DNA of 64,000 bases. Source: Candidatus Eiseniibacteriota bacterium (GTDB lineage Bacteria > Eisenbacteria > RBG-16-71-46). Where the stretch lies: positions 608,001-672,000 of the forward strand of contig CAVSAC010000014.1 in NCBI GenBank assembly GCA_963725865.1, read 5' to 3'. The translations under genes were made by a program, and so were the position numbers. This document shows positions 28,072 to 39,593 of this stretch, in pieces; within the stretch, counting starts at the first letter, position 1; every line of letters begins with the position of its first letter. The notes below the pieces were generated by a model that ran no database searches, was not told the origin of the DNA, and saw only the letters and a list, made by a program, of their open reading frames with translations.

Positions 28072-29106
28072 TCAGCGAACCCACATCAGCTGGAACCGAT
28101 TCCCCGCGTTCTCCGCGAGGGCCAACAGTCCCTTGCCGTCGCTGGCCAGCGCACTGGGGTTGACGAATTCGCCCGGACCCACACCCAACCCCCCCACCGT
28201 TCCCAGGAACTTCCCGGACGAATCGAAGACCTGGACCGAGTGTCGGATCGCATCGCTCACCCACATCCGCCCATCACCCAGCACCGCGACGCCCGACGGG
28301 AACGAGAAATTGCCGGGGCCGATGTCGTGGACTCCGAAGCCCCGGATGTAGCCACCCTGTGGATCGAACACCTGGATCGCGAGCGTGGTGCGCGCACACG
28401 CCACCACGAGATCGCCACTCGGCAGCAGTGCGAGCGCGGTGATCGCCTGCAGCTGCCCGGGCTCCTTGCCCGGCGTGCCCCAGACGCCGACGAAGCCGTA
28501 GTCCGAGTCGAACCGATAGACCCGCCCGTCCGCGCCTCGCGAGGCCACCCAGATCGAGCCGTCCGGCCCCACGGCGAGAGCGCCGGGGCCGCGTCCGTTC
28601 GCGAGCGTGTCGTCGGGCGCCGGCAGGTGCAGGCGCGTGATGGGCCGACCGCGAAAGTCGAGGACGTCGACGTACGGCGCCGCCATGTCCGAGACCAGCA
28701 CGTTCCCTTGGCGGTCGACCGCAACGAAGACCGGATTGCCATCCCGCATCTCGCCGGTCAGCGGGTCGGGGACGCGATGCACGAAGTAGCCGGTGGGGTA
28801 GGTCTTGAGATCGAAGAACTCGACCCGGTGGATCCCCGTGTTCGCGACCACCACCTCGCCGTGCTCGACGTCGAATGCGATGCCTTGCGGCCCGCTGAAA
28901 TCCATCCCGCTGTTCGCCTGCCCAAGCACGAGCGCCGAGTCGATCACGGGCTCCTCGGCGGCGAGCGCGCGGGACGTGGAGGCACCGCCCGCGAACAGGG
29001 CGGCCAACAGGAGGAGGCTCAGGGAACCGAGCACTCGCCCGAGAACGTGCTCGGGAGAATCGGTCCGGCCCGCCAGGCCGCGAGTCTGGTGCTGCCGACC
29101 CGCCAT
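28072..29106 (-). CDS. Exported NHL-repeat beta-propeller protein
   Basis: GAGGAGG RBS; signal peptide; repeats FSGPQGIAFD, FSFPSGVAV, FVNPSALASD, VQVFDSSG. Confidence 0.9.
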   Translation of the reverse strand: MAGRQHQTRGLAGRTDSPEHVLGRVLGSLSLLLLAALFAGGASTSRALAAEEPVIDSALVLGQANSGMDFSGPQGIAFDVEHGEVVVANTGIHRVEFFDLKTYPTGYFVHRVPDPLTGEMRDGNPVFVAVDRQGNVLVSDMAAPYVDVLDFRGRPITRLHLPAPDDTLANGRGPGALAVGPDGSIWVASRGADGRVYRFDSDYGFVGVWGTPGKEPGQLQAITALALLPSGDLVVACARTTLAIQVFDPQGGYIRGFGVHDIGPGNFSFPSGVAVLGDGRMWVSDAIRHSVQVFDSSGKFLGTVGGLGVGPGEFVNPSALASDGKGLLALAENAGNRFQLMWVR

Positions 29107-29216
29107 CGGAACCTCCTCAAGTGATTGTGGCAGTTAGGCCGGGGTGACCGCGCCTCCCAACCGGAACGGGGCGCCGGGGAACACGTCTGCCCCACATTGC
29201 GCTGCTCTTCACAAGG

Positions 29217-29231
29217 GCAATGGATGTGCCA
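29217..29231 (-). promoter_or_regulatory. Sigma54 (RpoN) -24/-12 promoter for the cytochrome operon
   Basis: Minus strand reads TGGCAC-ATCCA-TTGC, an exact match to TGGCAC-N5-TTGC, 110 bp upstream of the NHL gene. Confidence 0.8.
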
Positions 29232-29669
29232 TCCGTAGAACCACGGACAAGGGCTCCTCCACCACCCGCAAACCATGATGGGCCGCAACAGATAAGAGGG
29301 GCGGCCTGGGCCCGTCCCTCCCGGTGAGGCGTTCTTCCACATCACTTTCCGGCTGACAGGCTGGCAGAGCCGGGCCGGCGCTTCATGACAACCTGACTTT
29401 CCCGAGCATTCACTTGAACATGCCGTGACGGACGCAACCGGTCCGCGAGCCCCTTCCCTGGGGCAGAACGCCGAGGAACACCACACTTCGGTGGGCGGGC
29501 GGGGTGTGGTGCCGCCGCGTGGCAACTAACTCCGCCCCCACCACCGGGCTCAGGTCCCCGTTCGTTCCGCGCGACGGCGACCCTGGGCGCGGCAGGCGCG
29601 GGTGGGGCTGTCAGCTCCCGGACACTTTGCGCACCTCCGCTGCCCCCGACTGCTCGCGTGGGCGGCGGT

Positions 29670-29684
29670 GGGCACGAATCTCGC
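29670..29684 (+). promoter_or_regulatory. Candidate sigma54 promoter for ccmF
   Basis: GGGCAC-GAATC-TCGC keeps GG-N10-GC spacing with two mismatches to consensus, 57 bp upstream of the ATG. Confidence 0.5.
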
Positions 29685-29741
29685 AGCGGGTGGATTGGCC
29701 GCCATCGCACGACACGACGAATCCCCCATGAGGTCCTCGAC

Positions 29742-31937
29742 ATGAACCTTGGCGAGCTGCTCGTCCGAACCGGCTTCGTGAGTGCGGCCGTCTCGGCCCT
29801 GCTCTTCATCCCCGCCCTGCGCGGACAACGGCGCACGGGCCCCGGTGCCTGGGCGTTCACGGTCCACACCGCAGCGCTGTGCTTCGCGCTGTTGCTGCTC
29901 GCGTCCCACTTCCTGGCGCATCGGTTCGAATACGCCTATGTCGCGCAGTACTCCTCGCGCGCGCTGACGCCGGCGCTCACGCTCGCCGCGCTGTGGGCCG
30001 GCCAGGAAGGCAGCATCCTCCTGTGGGCGGCGCTGAGTGCGCTGCTCGGCGTGTTCCTGATGGTGCAGCCCGGCTCGCTGAGCCGTCCCGCGATGTTCTT
30101 CGTGAGCCTCACGCAGGTGTTCATCAACCTGTTGCTGCTCGTGAGGAGCCCGTTCGTGATCACTTCCGTGGTGCCGCCGGACGGCCAGGGCCTCAATCCG
30201 TTGCTCGAGGATCCGTGGATGGTGGCGCACCCGCCGCTGCTGTTCCTCGGCTACGCCGCGATGCTGATGCCGTTCGCATTCGCGGCCGCCGCGCTGGTGC
30301 GACACCAGTACGGAGACTGGAATCGACAGGTGTGGCCGTGGACGCTGTTCGCGGTCGTGACGCTGGGGACCGGCGTCGTGCTGGGTGGGGTGTGGGCGTA
30401 CAAGACGCTCGGGTGGGGCGGATACTGGGCATGGGATCCGGTGGAGAACGCGTCGCTCGTCCCCTGGTTGCTCGCGGTCGCGCTGCTCCACGGCCTCCTC
30501 ATCCAGCGCACGATGGGCGCGATGCCGCGAGCGAACCTCGTACTGGCGATGCTGGGGTGGGTCACGACGGTCGGCGGCACCTACTTGACGCGCAGCGGCG
30601 TGCTGGCGGACTTCTCGGTGCATTCCTTCGCCGACAGCGGGCTCAACCTGCCGCTCATCGCGTGGCTCGCGCTGACCGCGTTCTTCGGCGCCGCGATGAT
30701 CGGCGCGCGCTGGAAGTCGATGGAGGACCGGGCGGTGGACTGGATGGCCGTGAGCCGCGAGTCCGCGTTGTGGCTCGCTTTCATGGTCGTCTCTGCGCTC
30801 GCGGTGCTGGTCGCGATCGGCACTACGATGCCGCTGCTGACCTCGCTCGCGGGCAAGCCGGCCAACGTGCAGCCCACCTACTACCACGGCATCGCCATTC
30901 CGCTCGGCCTGGCGATCCTGCTGCTGATGGCGCTCGCGCCGGCGCTGCGCTGGACGCGCCGGCAGGAGCGCTCGTGGCTCACGCTCGTCCCGCCCGGCGT
31001 CGTCGCGGGCCTGCTCGCGCTCGGCATCGCGATCCCGTACGGGCTGCGCGATCCGGTGTGGCTCGCGCTGCTGTTCGCCACCGCGCTCGCGCTCGGTGTC
31101 AATGCCTGGGTGGCCCTGCGGCTGTTCCAGCGCGGCTGGATGTTCGGCGCCGGCTATCTCGGGCACGTCGGCGTGGCGGTGATGGCGCTCGGCATCGCGG
31201 TGTCGACGTCGATGGGGCACAGCAGCCGCCTCACGCTGCCCCACGGTCAGAAGGTCGAGGCGCTCGGCTATCAGCTCACCTTCCAGGGCGAGCAGTCCGA
31301 CGCGCGCGGCGCCAAGCACCTCGCGGTGCGGGTCGAGAAGGGCGCGTACGTGTTCGACGCGAAGGCGCGCCTGCTGGAATCCCCGCGCGGCGACGGCATG
31401 ATCCGCAATCCGGCCATCGACCTGTGGCACGATCTGTACGTGTCGCCGATCGACGTGAAGCGCACCGAGTCCGCCGGAGAAGACGGATCGACCTGGCTGC
31501 CCAAGGAGCGCCCGGTGCAGGTCGGAGACGTGACCTACACGTTCGAGGGCTTTCGCATCGAGCAGCGCCCCGAGATGCGCGCCTACGCCGACATCTCGGT
31601 GAGCCGCGACGGCCGGGTGGCGCACGTCTCGCCTTACCTCGCCTCCTCGCCGCAGGGCTCGCAGCCAGTGCCCGTGTCGCTCGCGGGCATCGGCGAATTC
31701 CGGATCGCCCGTCTCGACGCCGACAACGGCCGCATCGCCGTGGTGCTGCCCGGTGGGGCCGCCGCCGACCTCGCGATCGTGGAGTTCAGCACCAAGCCGC
31801 TTGTGAACCTGGTCTGGATCGGCGCGCTCCTCACGCTGCTGGGCTCGGCGCTCGCAGGCGTGCGCCGCGCGACCGAGCAGCGCGCGCCACCCGAGCGCGC
31901 TCCGAAGCGAGTGCGCACGGCGCCGCAGACCGCCTGA
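29742..31937 (+). CDS. ccmF: Cytochrome c maturation heme lyase CcmF/NrfE (System I)
   Basis: [29 protein letters not shown] motif [36 protein letters not shown]. Confidence 0.93.
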   Translation: MNLGELLVRTGFVSAAVSALLFIPALRGQRRTGPGAWAFTVHTAALCFALLLLASHFLAHRFEYAYVAQYSSRALTPALTLAALWAGQEGSILLWAALSALLGVFLMVQPGSLSRPAMFFVSLTQVFINLLLLVRSPFVITSVVPPDGQGLNPLLEDPWMVAHPPLLFLGYAAMLMPFAFAAAALVRHQYGDWNRQVWPWTLFAVVTLGTGVVLGGVWAYKTLGWGGYWAWDPVENASLVPWLLAVALLHGLLIQRTMGAMPRANLVLAMLGWVTTVGGTYLTRSGVLADFSVHSFADSGLNLPLIAWLALTAFFGAAMIGARWKSMEDRAVDWMAVSRESALWLAFMVVSALAVLVAIGTTMPLLTSLAGKPANVQPTYYHGIAIPLGLAILLLMALAPALRWTRRQERSWLTLVPPGVVAGLLALGIAIPYGLRDPVWLALLFATALALGVNAWVALRLFQRGWMFGAGYLGHVGVAVMALGIAVSTSMGHSSRLTLPHGQKVEALGYQLTFQGEQSDARGAKHLAVRVEKGAYVFDAKARLLESPRGDGMIRNPAIDLWHDLYVSPIDVKRTESAGEDGSTWLPKERPVQVGDVTYTFEGFRIEQRPEMRAYADISVSRDGRVAHVSPYLASSPQGSQPVPVSLAGIGEFRIARLDADNGRIAVVLPGGAAADLAIVEFSTKPLVNLVWIGALLTLLGSALAGVRRATEQRAPPERAPKRVRTAPQTA

Positions 31938-31960
31938 TCGAACTTCCGGGGGCCGCTCCC

Positions 31961-31999
31961 CGCCCGCGGGTCCGCGAGGACCCGCGGGCGTTCGTTCGT
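31961..31999 (+). terminator. Intrinsic terminator after ccmF
   Basis: Perfect 13-bp stem cgcccgcgggtcc-GCGA-ggacccgcgggcg followed by ttcgttcgt. Confidence 0.7.
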
Positions 32000-32052
32000 G
32001 CGGGCCCGCCGCATGGACAGCGCGCGCCGCGCGGGCCTACCATGCGCGCGCC

Positions 32053-33980
<1,928 letters not shown>

Positions 33981-33984
<4 letters not shown>

Positions 33985-35864
33985 GCGATTCGACTTTCGA
34001 CTTCGGCGCCCGGCCGATCGCGGGCGGCGTGCGCTTCTGCGTCCCGGCGCCGCGCGCGCGACGCGTCGAGTTGATGATCGAGTCCGGGGCGCGCGCCGGA
34101 GCGACCATCGCGCTTTCCGCCTCCTCGGAGGGCGCCTGGCGCGCCAAGGTCGACGGCGTCCGCGCCGGCGATCGCTATCGCTACCGCGTCGACGGCCGCG
34201 GTCCTTTCCCCGATCCCGCCTCGCGCCACCAGCCGGACGGAGTGCACGGACCCTCGGCCGTGGTCGACCCGGACGCCTTCGCGTGGACCGACGCGTCGTG
34301 GCGCGGATGGCCGCTCGAAGCGCTGGTGCTCTACGAGCTGCACGTGGGCGCGTTCACGCGCGCCGGCACGTTCGCGGCGGTCACCGAGCGGCTGCCGGCG
34401 CTCGCCGAGCTCGGGATCACCGCGATCGAGCTGATGCCCCTGCACGACTTCCCCGGCGCGCGCGGCTGGGGGTACGACCCCGCGGCGCTGTGGGCACCGC
34501 CGCGCTGCTACGGCACCCCCGCGGACCTGCGCGCGCTGGTGGACGCGGCGCACCGGCTGGGCCTCGCGGTGCACCTCGACCTGGTCTACAACCACCTGGG
34601 ACCCGACGGCGCCTATCTGCCCGCGTTCCACCCCGGTTGGCTGCGAAGCGGAACGCCGACGCCGTGGGGCTCGACCGTCGACTTCGAGGGCCCCGAGTCC
34701 GCGCTCGTGCGCGCATTCGTGCTCGAGAACGCCGAGCACTGGGTGCGGGAGTACCACGTCGACGGTTTCCGCCTCGACGCGACCCGGTTCGTCCGCGACG
34801 CGGGCCCGCGGCACGTGCTGAGCGAGATCGCCGCGCGCGGCCGCGCCGCCGCCGCCCCGCGCGCGTTCGTGTGCGTCGCCGAGGACGCTCGCAACCTCAC
34901 CGCCACCACGCGCGCCGAGCAGCACGGCGGGCTCGGCATGGAGGCCGAATGGTCGTTCGACGCGCATCACCAGGCCCACCGGGTGCTGACCGGCGAGCGC
35001 GACGAGTACTACGTCGACCACACCGATTCGGTGGCCGACCTCGCCCGGACGCTGGAACGCGGCTGGTGGCTCGACGGGCGCGTCTCGACCTATCACCGCG
35101 GCGTGATCTGGGGCGAGCGTCCGGACGGCCTCGAGCTGCGCCGACTGATCGCCTACCTGCAGAGCCACGACGAGATCGGCAACCGCCCGCTCGGCGAGCG
35201 GCTGCACCACCTCGTGGACCTCGCCACCTGGCGCGCGGCGAACGTGCTGTTCCTGACCCTGCCCCACACTCCGCTGTTGTTCATGGGCCAGGAGTGGGCG
35301 GCCTCGGCACCGTTCCGGTTCTTCACCGACCACCACGAGCGCATCGGCCGCCGCGTCACGGCGGGGCGCCGGGCGTGGTTCGCGAAGTGGACGGGCTTCG
35401 ACACGCCGGAGTCCCTCGACCTGCTGCCCGACCCCCAGCATCCGCGCACGTTCGAGGACAGCCAGCTCGACTGGGACGAGCGCGTGCGCGAACCCCACGC
35501 ATCCGTGCTGCGATTCACCCGGGCGCTGCTGGCGTTGCGCCGCGAGGAGCCCGCGTTGGCGGCCCGCGCCAACGACTCGTTCGCGATCGAGGCCGTCGAC
35601 GACGGTGCGCTCGCGCTCGTGAGACACGCGCCCGGTGCCGCGCCGCTCGCGGTGCTGGTGCGCCTGCGCGGTGCCGGGCCGGTGAGCACGGGCGCGCTGC
35701 TCGCGCGGGTCGGCGTACGCGCGCCTGGCTGGGCGCTCGCGTTTTCGACCGAAGATCCGCGCTTCGCGACCGATCCGCTCGCTTCGCGCCTCGAGGTCAC
35801 CCCCGACGGCCCGCTCGCGCACTTCCTGCGCCCGGGCGCGATGGTGGCGCGCGGCGGCGGCTGA
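33981..35864 (+). CDS. treZ: Malto-oligosyltrehalose trehalohydrolase
   Basis: TTGA overlap with glg[62 protein letters not shown]. Confidence 0.9.
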
Positions 35865-35963
35865 TCCGCGGCGCGCGAGCGCGGCGTCCGCCCTCGACAT
35901 GCGAACGGCGGCCCCTCGCGGAGCCGCCGTTCGGACCGAGCGCGGTCGCAGGACCGCCCGCGC

Positions 35964-38030
35964 TCACCAGATCGAGATCGGCTCCGCGCGCACCATCGGG
36001 TCGCCGGACTTGCAGCCGAACGCCTTGCGGAACTCCTCCATGTTCGAGAGCGGTCCGTTCACGCGCCAGTACGCGACCGAGTGCGGATCGCTGAGCGCCG
36101 CCAGCCGCAGCAACTCGGGGCGGAACTTGCGCCGCCAGGCCTGCGCGAAGCCGAGGAAGAAGCGCTGTTCGCCGGTGAAGCCGCCGATCGCCGGCGCCGG
36201 CTTGCCCTTGAGCGAGAGCTGCCACGCGCGGTAGGCGATCGTCAGTCCGCCGAGGTCCGCGATGTTCTCGCCGAGCGTCAGCCGTCCGTTGTGGTGCAGC
36301 GTGTCCACGGCGATGTAGCCGTTGTACTGCTCCACCACCCGGTCGGCCAGCGCGTCGAACTTCTTCGAGTCCTCGGGCGTCCACCAGTCCTGGAGGTTGC
36401 CGTCGGCGTCGTACTGCCGCCCCTCGTCGTCGAAGCCGTGGGTCAGCTCGTGCCCGATCACCATGCCGATCGCCCCGTAGTTGATCGCGTCGTCCACGCG
36501 CGGGTCGAACTGCGGCGGGATCAGGATGCCGGCCGGGAACACGATCTCGTTGAACGTCGGGTTGTAGTACGCGTTCACGGTGGGCGGCGTCATGCCCCAC
36601 AGCGTGCGGTCGACCGGCCTGCCGATGAATGACAGCTCGAAGCGGCGCTGGAACTCGGTCGCACGCTCGAGGTTGATGGCGGCGGGCTGGCTCGGATCGA
36701 TCTCGAGCCGGGTGTAGTCGCGCCACTTGTCCGGGTAGCCGATCTTCTTCAGGATCGCGTCGAGCTTGCGCTTGGCCTGCGCCTTGGTCTCGGCGCTCAT
36801 CCACGGCCGTGACGCGATGCGATCGCCGAGCGCCGCCTGGAGGTTGTTCACCAACTCGACCATGCGCGCCTTGGACGACGCGGGGAAGTTCTCCTCGACG
36901 TACGCCTTCCCGAGCGCCTCGCCCATCGCGTTGTCCACCGCCTGCGAGGCGCGCTTCCAGCGCGGCAGGGGCGCCTTCGAACCGATCAGCTTGGATTGGA
37001 ACGCGAACGCCTCGTCGAAGAACGGCTTGCCGAGCCACGTCATGCGCGAGCGCGCAACGTTCCACTGCAGGTACGCGCGCCAGGTGTCCATCGGCGTGCT
37101 CGCGAGCAGCGCCGAGACCTGGCGCATGAACCCCGGCATCGACACGTCGAGGGAGGCGTCCGGGCTCGCGAGCGACGTCACGCCGAGGTCGCTGAAGTAC
37201 GCGGGCCAGTCGAAGCCGGGGGCCAGCAGCCCCAGCTCGCGGACCGTCATCTTGTGGTAGAGCGCCTTGGGATCCCGCAGCTGCACGTTGCTGAGCGAGG
37301 ACTCCGCGAGCGCCGTCTCGAGCTTCATGACCGCGTCCGCCTTCTGAGTGGCCAGCTCGGGCGCGTCGCCCAGCAACTGGAACACGTGGCCCACGAATGC
37401 GAGGTAGTCGGCCCGCAACTGCTTCGACTTGTCATCGTCGCGGAAGTAGTAGTCACGGTCGACCAGACCGAGTCCGCCCTGCACGACCTGGCCGATGGTC
37501 GAGCGGCTCTCCTTCGGGTCGGGCTCGGGGTTGACCTTGAACGGCAGCCCGCCGCCGCCCCACATGGTGGCCCCGATGCCCAGCAGCGCGGCGCGCGCGA
37601 ACTCCTGGCGCAGGTCCGCCGGAGTCTTGATCGCCGCGATGCGCGCGAGATGGGCCGCGAGCGGTGCCGCGCCCTCGCGGTCGGCGCGCGCCGAGTCCAT
37701 CAGCACCGCGTAGAGCTGGCCGAGCTTCTTGATCGTCGGGTCCTTCTCGGTGGCCACGTTCGCGCGCGTGCGCTCGAGCACCGTGAACAGCGCCTCCTGG
37801 TTGCGGTCGGCCATCTCGCGACCCGCGCCGATGCCGGTGTAGGACGGCGGGATCTCGGCGGTCGCGAGCCAGGTGCCGTTGGCGTACTGGTAGAAGTCGC
37901 GGCACGGCGCGCACGTGGTGTCCATGAACGCGCGATTCGGGGTCGGCGGAGGGAGCGTGGCCGCCGCGGCGAGCGCGGGGAGCGCGAGCGCGGCGAGCAC
38001 GAGGGCGGCGAGCGATGTCCTGCGATGCAT
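35964..38030 (-). CDS. M13-family (neprilysin/PepO-like) metallopeptidase, exported
   Basis: Signal peptide; PC.DFYQYANG.W, KIGYPD, VNAYY, GHELTHGFD, GENIADLGG. Confidence 0.95.
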   Translation of the reverse strand: MHRRTSLAALVLAALALPALAAAATLPPPTPNRAFMDTTCAPCRDFYQYANGTWLATAEIPPSYTGIGAGREMADRNQEALFTVLERTRANVATEKDPTIKKLGQLYAVLMDSARADREGAAPLAAHLARIAAIKTPADLRQEFARAALLGIGATMWGGGGLPFKVNPEPDPKESRSTIGQVVQGGLGLVDRDYYFRDDDKSKQLRADYLAFVGHVFQLLGDAPELATQKADAVMKLETALAESSLSNVQLRDPKALYHKMTVRELGLLAPGFDWPAYFSDLGVTSLASPDASLDVSMPGFMRQVSALLASTPMDTWRAYLQWNVARSRMTWLGKPFFDEAFAFQSKLIGSKAPLPRWKRASQAVDNAMGEALGKAYVEENFPASSKARMVELVNNLQAALGDRIASRPWMSAETKAQAKRKLDAILKKIGYPDKWRDYTRLEIDPSQPAAINLERATEFQRRFELSFIGRPVDRTLWGMTPPTVNAYYNPTFNEIVFPAGILIPPQFDPRVDDAINYGAIGMVIGHELTHGFDDEGRQYDADGNLQDWWTPEDSKKFDALADRVVEQYNGYIAVDTLHHNGRLTLGENIADLGGLTIAYRAWQLSLKGKPAPAIGGFTGEQRFFLGFAQAWRRKFRPELLRLAALSDPHSVAYWRVNGPLSNMEEFRKAFGCKSGDPMVRAEPISIW

Positions 38031-38234
38031 GGTGGATCCTCGGGAAGAGGTGATGGAATGGGGGGGAAGCGCAGCGACCCTACGCGAGCGCGGCGCGGCT
38101 GCCGCCCGTGAGCCGACGAGCGCGGGGAATGTGGGCACCAGAGCGAGGGGTGTGCCGCACGGTGCGCCTCCGCCCCGGGAATCCCGGCAGGCCGCGCGAC
38201 CGACGCGCGACCGCCGACGGTCATGCTGCGTGCG

Positions 38235-39593
38235 TCACTGGAGCGCCGGCGGTGACGCCGGTGCTCCTGCGCCCGGCTCGGTCAGCTTCCGGTGCTCGAT
38301 CGCCACTACCGCCGCCACCGCCAGCCACGCTCCGACCAGCACCAGGTTGACGATCGCGAAGTGGCGCACCTCGAACGCGAGCCGGGCGCCGAGCAGCACC
38401 AGGCCGGTGGAGAGCAGGTCGCCGCCGCGCACGAACAGCGTGTCGATCACCTGCTTCGCCTTGTACTTCGCCTCCGGCGAGGTGGGCAGGAACAGCGCCT
38501 GGCGCGTGGTGTTCTGCAGCGAGTAGTCGGTGGAGTTCTCGAGGATCTTCGCGCCGCGCACCAGCGCCAGCAGCGGCGCCGCGGCCAGCAGGCTGTAGCC
38601 GCCGAATGCCAGCACCGGCATCACGAACAGCGCCGCGCGCACGCCGAACCACTGCAGCACGCGCGACACCACGAACGCCTGCAGCAGCGCGGTGCACACG
38701 TTCACCCACAGGAAGAAGTCGGCGTAGAACTCGCCGATGAACTGCACTCGGGAGGCGTCGCCGACGGCGCCCGGGAACCGGCGCAGCGCCTCGCCGGCGA
38801 CCGTCCGGCCGAGCAGGTACTCGCCGTTCGTGTTGACGAAGTTCACCACCATCATGAGCGCCGCGATCCCGAGCAGGTAGCGACTCGACCACACCAGTCC
38901 GTACGCGCTCGCGCGCCCCAGCGGCGCCTCCGCGGACGCGGCGGCACCGGCTGCGCCGGCTTCCCGGCGCGTCAGCCGGCTCGCGAGCAGCGTGAGTCCG
39001 ATCGAGACCCCGAGCAGCGCCGCCGCCACGAGCAGCAGCGAATACACTCCGATCACGTCGATCAGCCGGCCGGCGATCCACGCGCCGCCGATCGCGCCCA
39101 GCGTCTGCCCGAACGCCACGATCGCGAACAGGCGCTTGCCCTGATCGGGCGTGTACACCTCGTTCGCGAACGACCAGAACTGGGCGATCACCATCAGGCT
39201 GAAGATGCCCACCCAGAGGAAGAACGGCACCCCGAGTCCGCGCACGCCCGCGCGGGCGAGCGCCCAGAAGATCAGCAGGTCGGCGAGAAAGAACAGCGAC
39301 ACACCCGTGATCAGCCACGTGCGTTTCACGCGGCTCGCGAACGCGCTGTACGCCGGCACCAGGAACAGCAACAGGATCGTCTGCCCGGCGGCGGCGTACG
39401 ACTTCACCTCGGCGCCGCCGCTCGCCAGGATCAGCGGCTCGCGCACGGTCTTGATCAGGTAGTAGGAGGTGAGCAGCACGAACACGTTCAGCGCCAGCAC
39501 CAGCGCGCCCGCGGCCTCGCCCGCGCGGACGTCCGCGAACGGCGCGAGCACGCGGTCGAGCAGGCTGTGCCGCGCGGCGGGTGCGGCGCTCAT
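38235..39593 (-). CDS. TLC/NTT (Npt1/Npt2-like) nucleotide transporter
   Basis: About 12 TM; YYLIKTVREPLIL, QFWSFANEVY..QGKRLF, ENSTDYSLQNT.RQALFLP, KYKAK..IDT.FVR.GD. Confidence 0.88.
   Translation of the reverse strand: MSAAPAARHSLLDRVLAPFADVRAGEAAGALVLALNVFVLLTSYYLIKTVREPLILASGGAEVKSYAAAGQTILLLFLVPAYSAFASRVKRTWLITGVSLFFLADLLIFWALARAGVRGLGVPFFLWVGIFSLMVIAQFWSFANEVYTPDQGKRLFAIVAFGQTLGAIGGAWIAGRLIDVIGVYSLLLVAAALLGVSIGLTLLASRLTRREAGAAGAAASAEAPLGRASAYGLVWSSRYLLGIAALMMVVNFVNTNGEYLLGRTVAGEALRRFPGAVGDASRVQFIGEFYADFFLWVNVCTALLQAFVVSRVLQWFGVRAALFVMPVLAFGGYSLLAAAPLLALVRGAKILENSTDYSLQNTTRQALFLPTSPEAKYKAKQVIDTLFVRGGDLLSTGLVLLGARLAFEVRHFAIVNLVLVGAWLAVAAVVAIEHRKLTEPGAGAPASPPALQ

Noticed and set aside
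29107..29205. Possible GEMM-I (c-di-GMP/cGAMP) riboswitch in the operon leader, as known upstream of Geobacter omcS
   Set aside because: Only fragments resemble it (GGCAG..CTGCC closing stem, CCGGCCTAA). There is no GAAA tetraloop or GACGCAAAGC core. An Infernal search would settle it.
29520..29535. TGGCAAC as a third sigma54 site
   Set aside because: The GC falls one base off the required spacing
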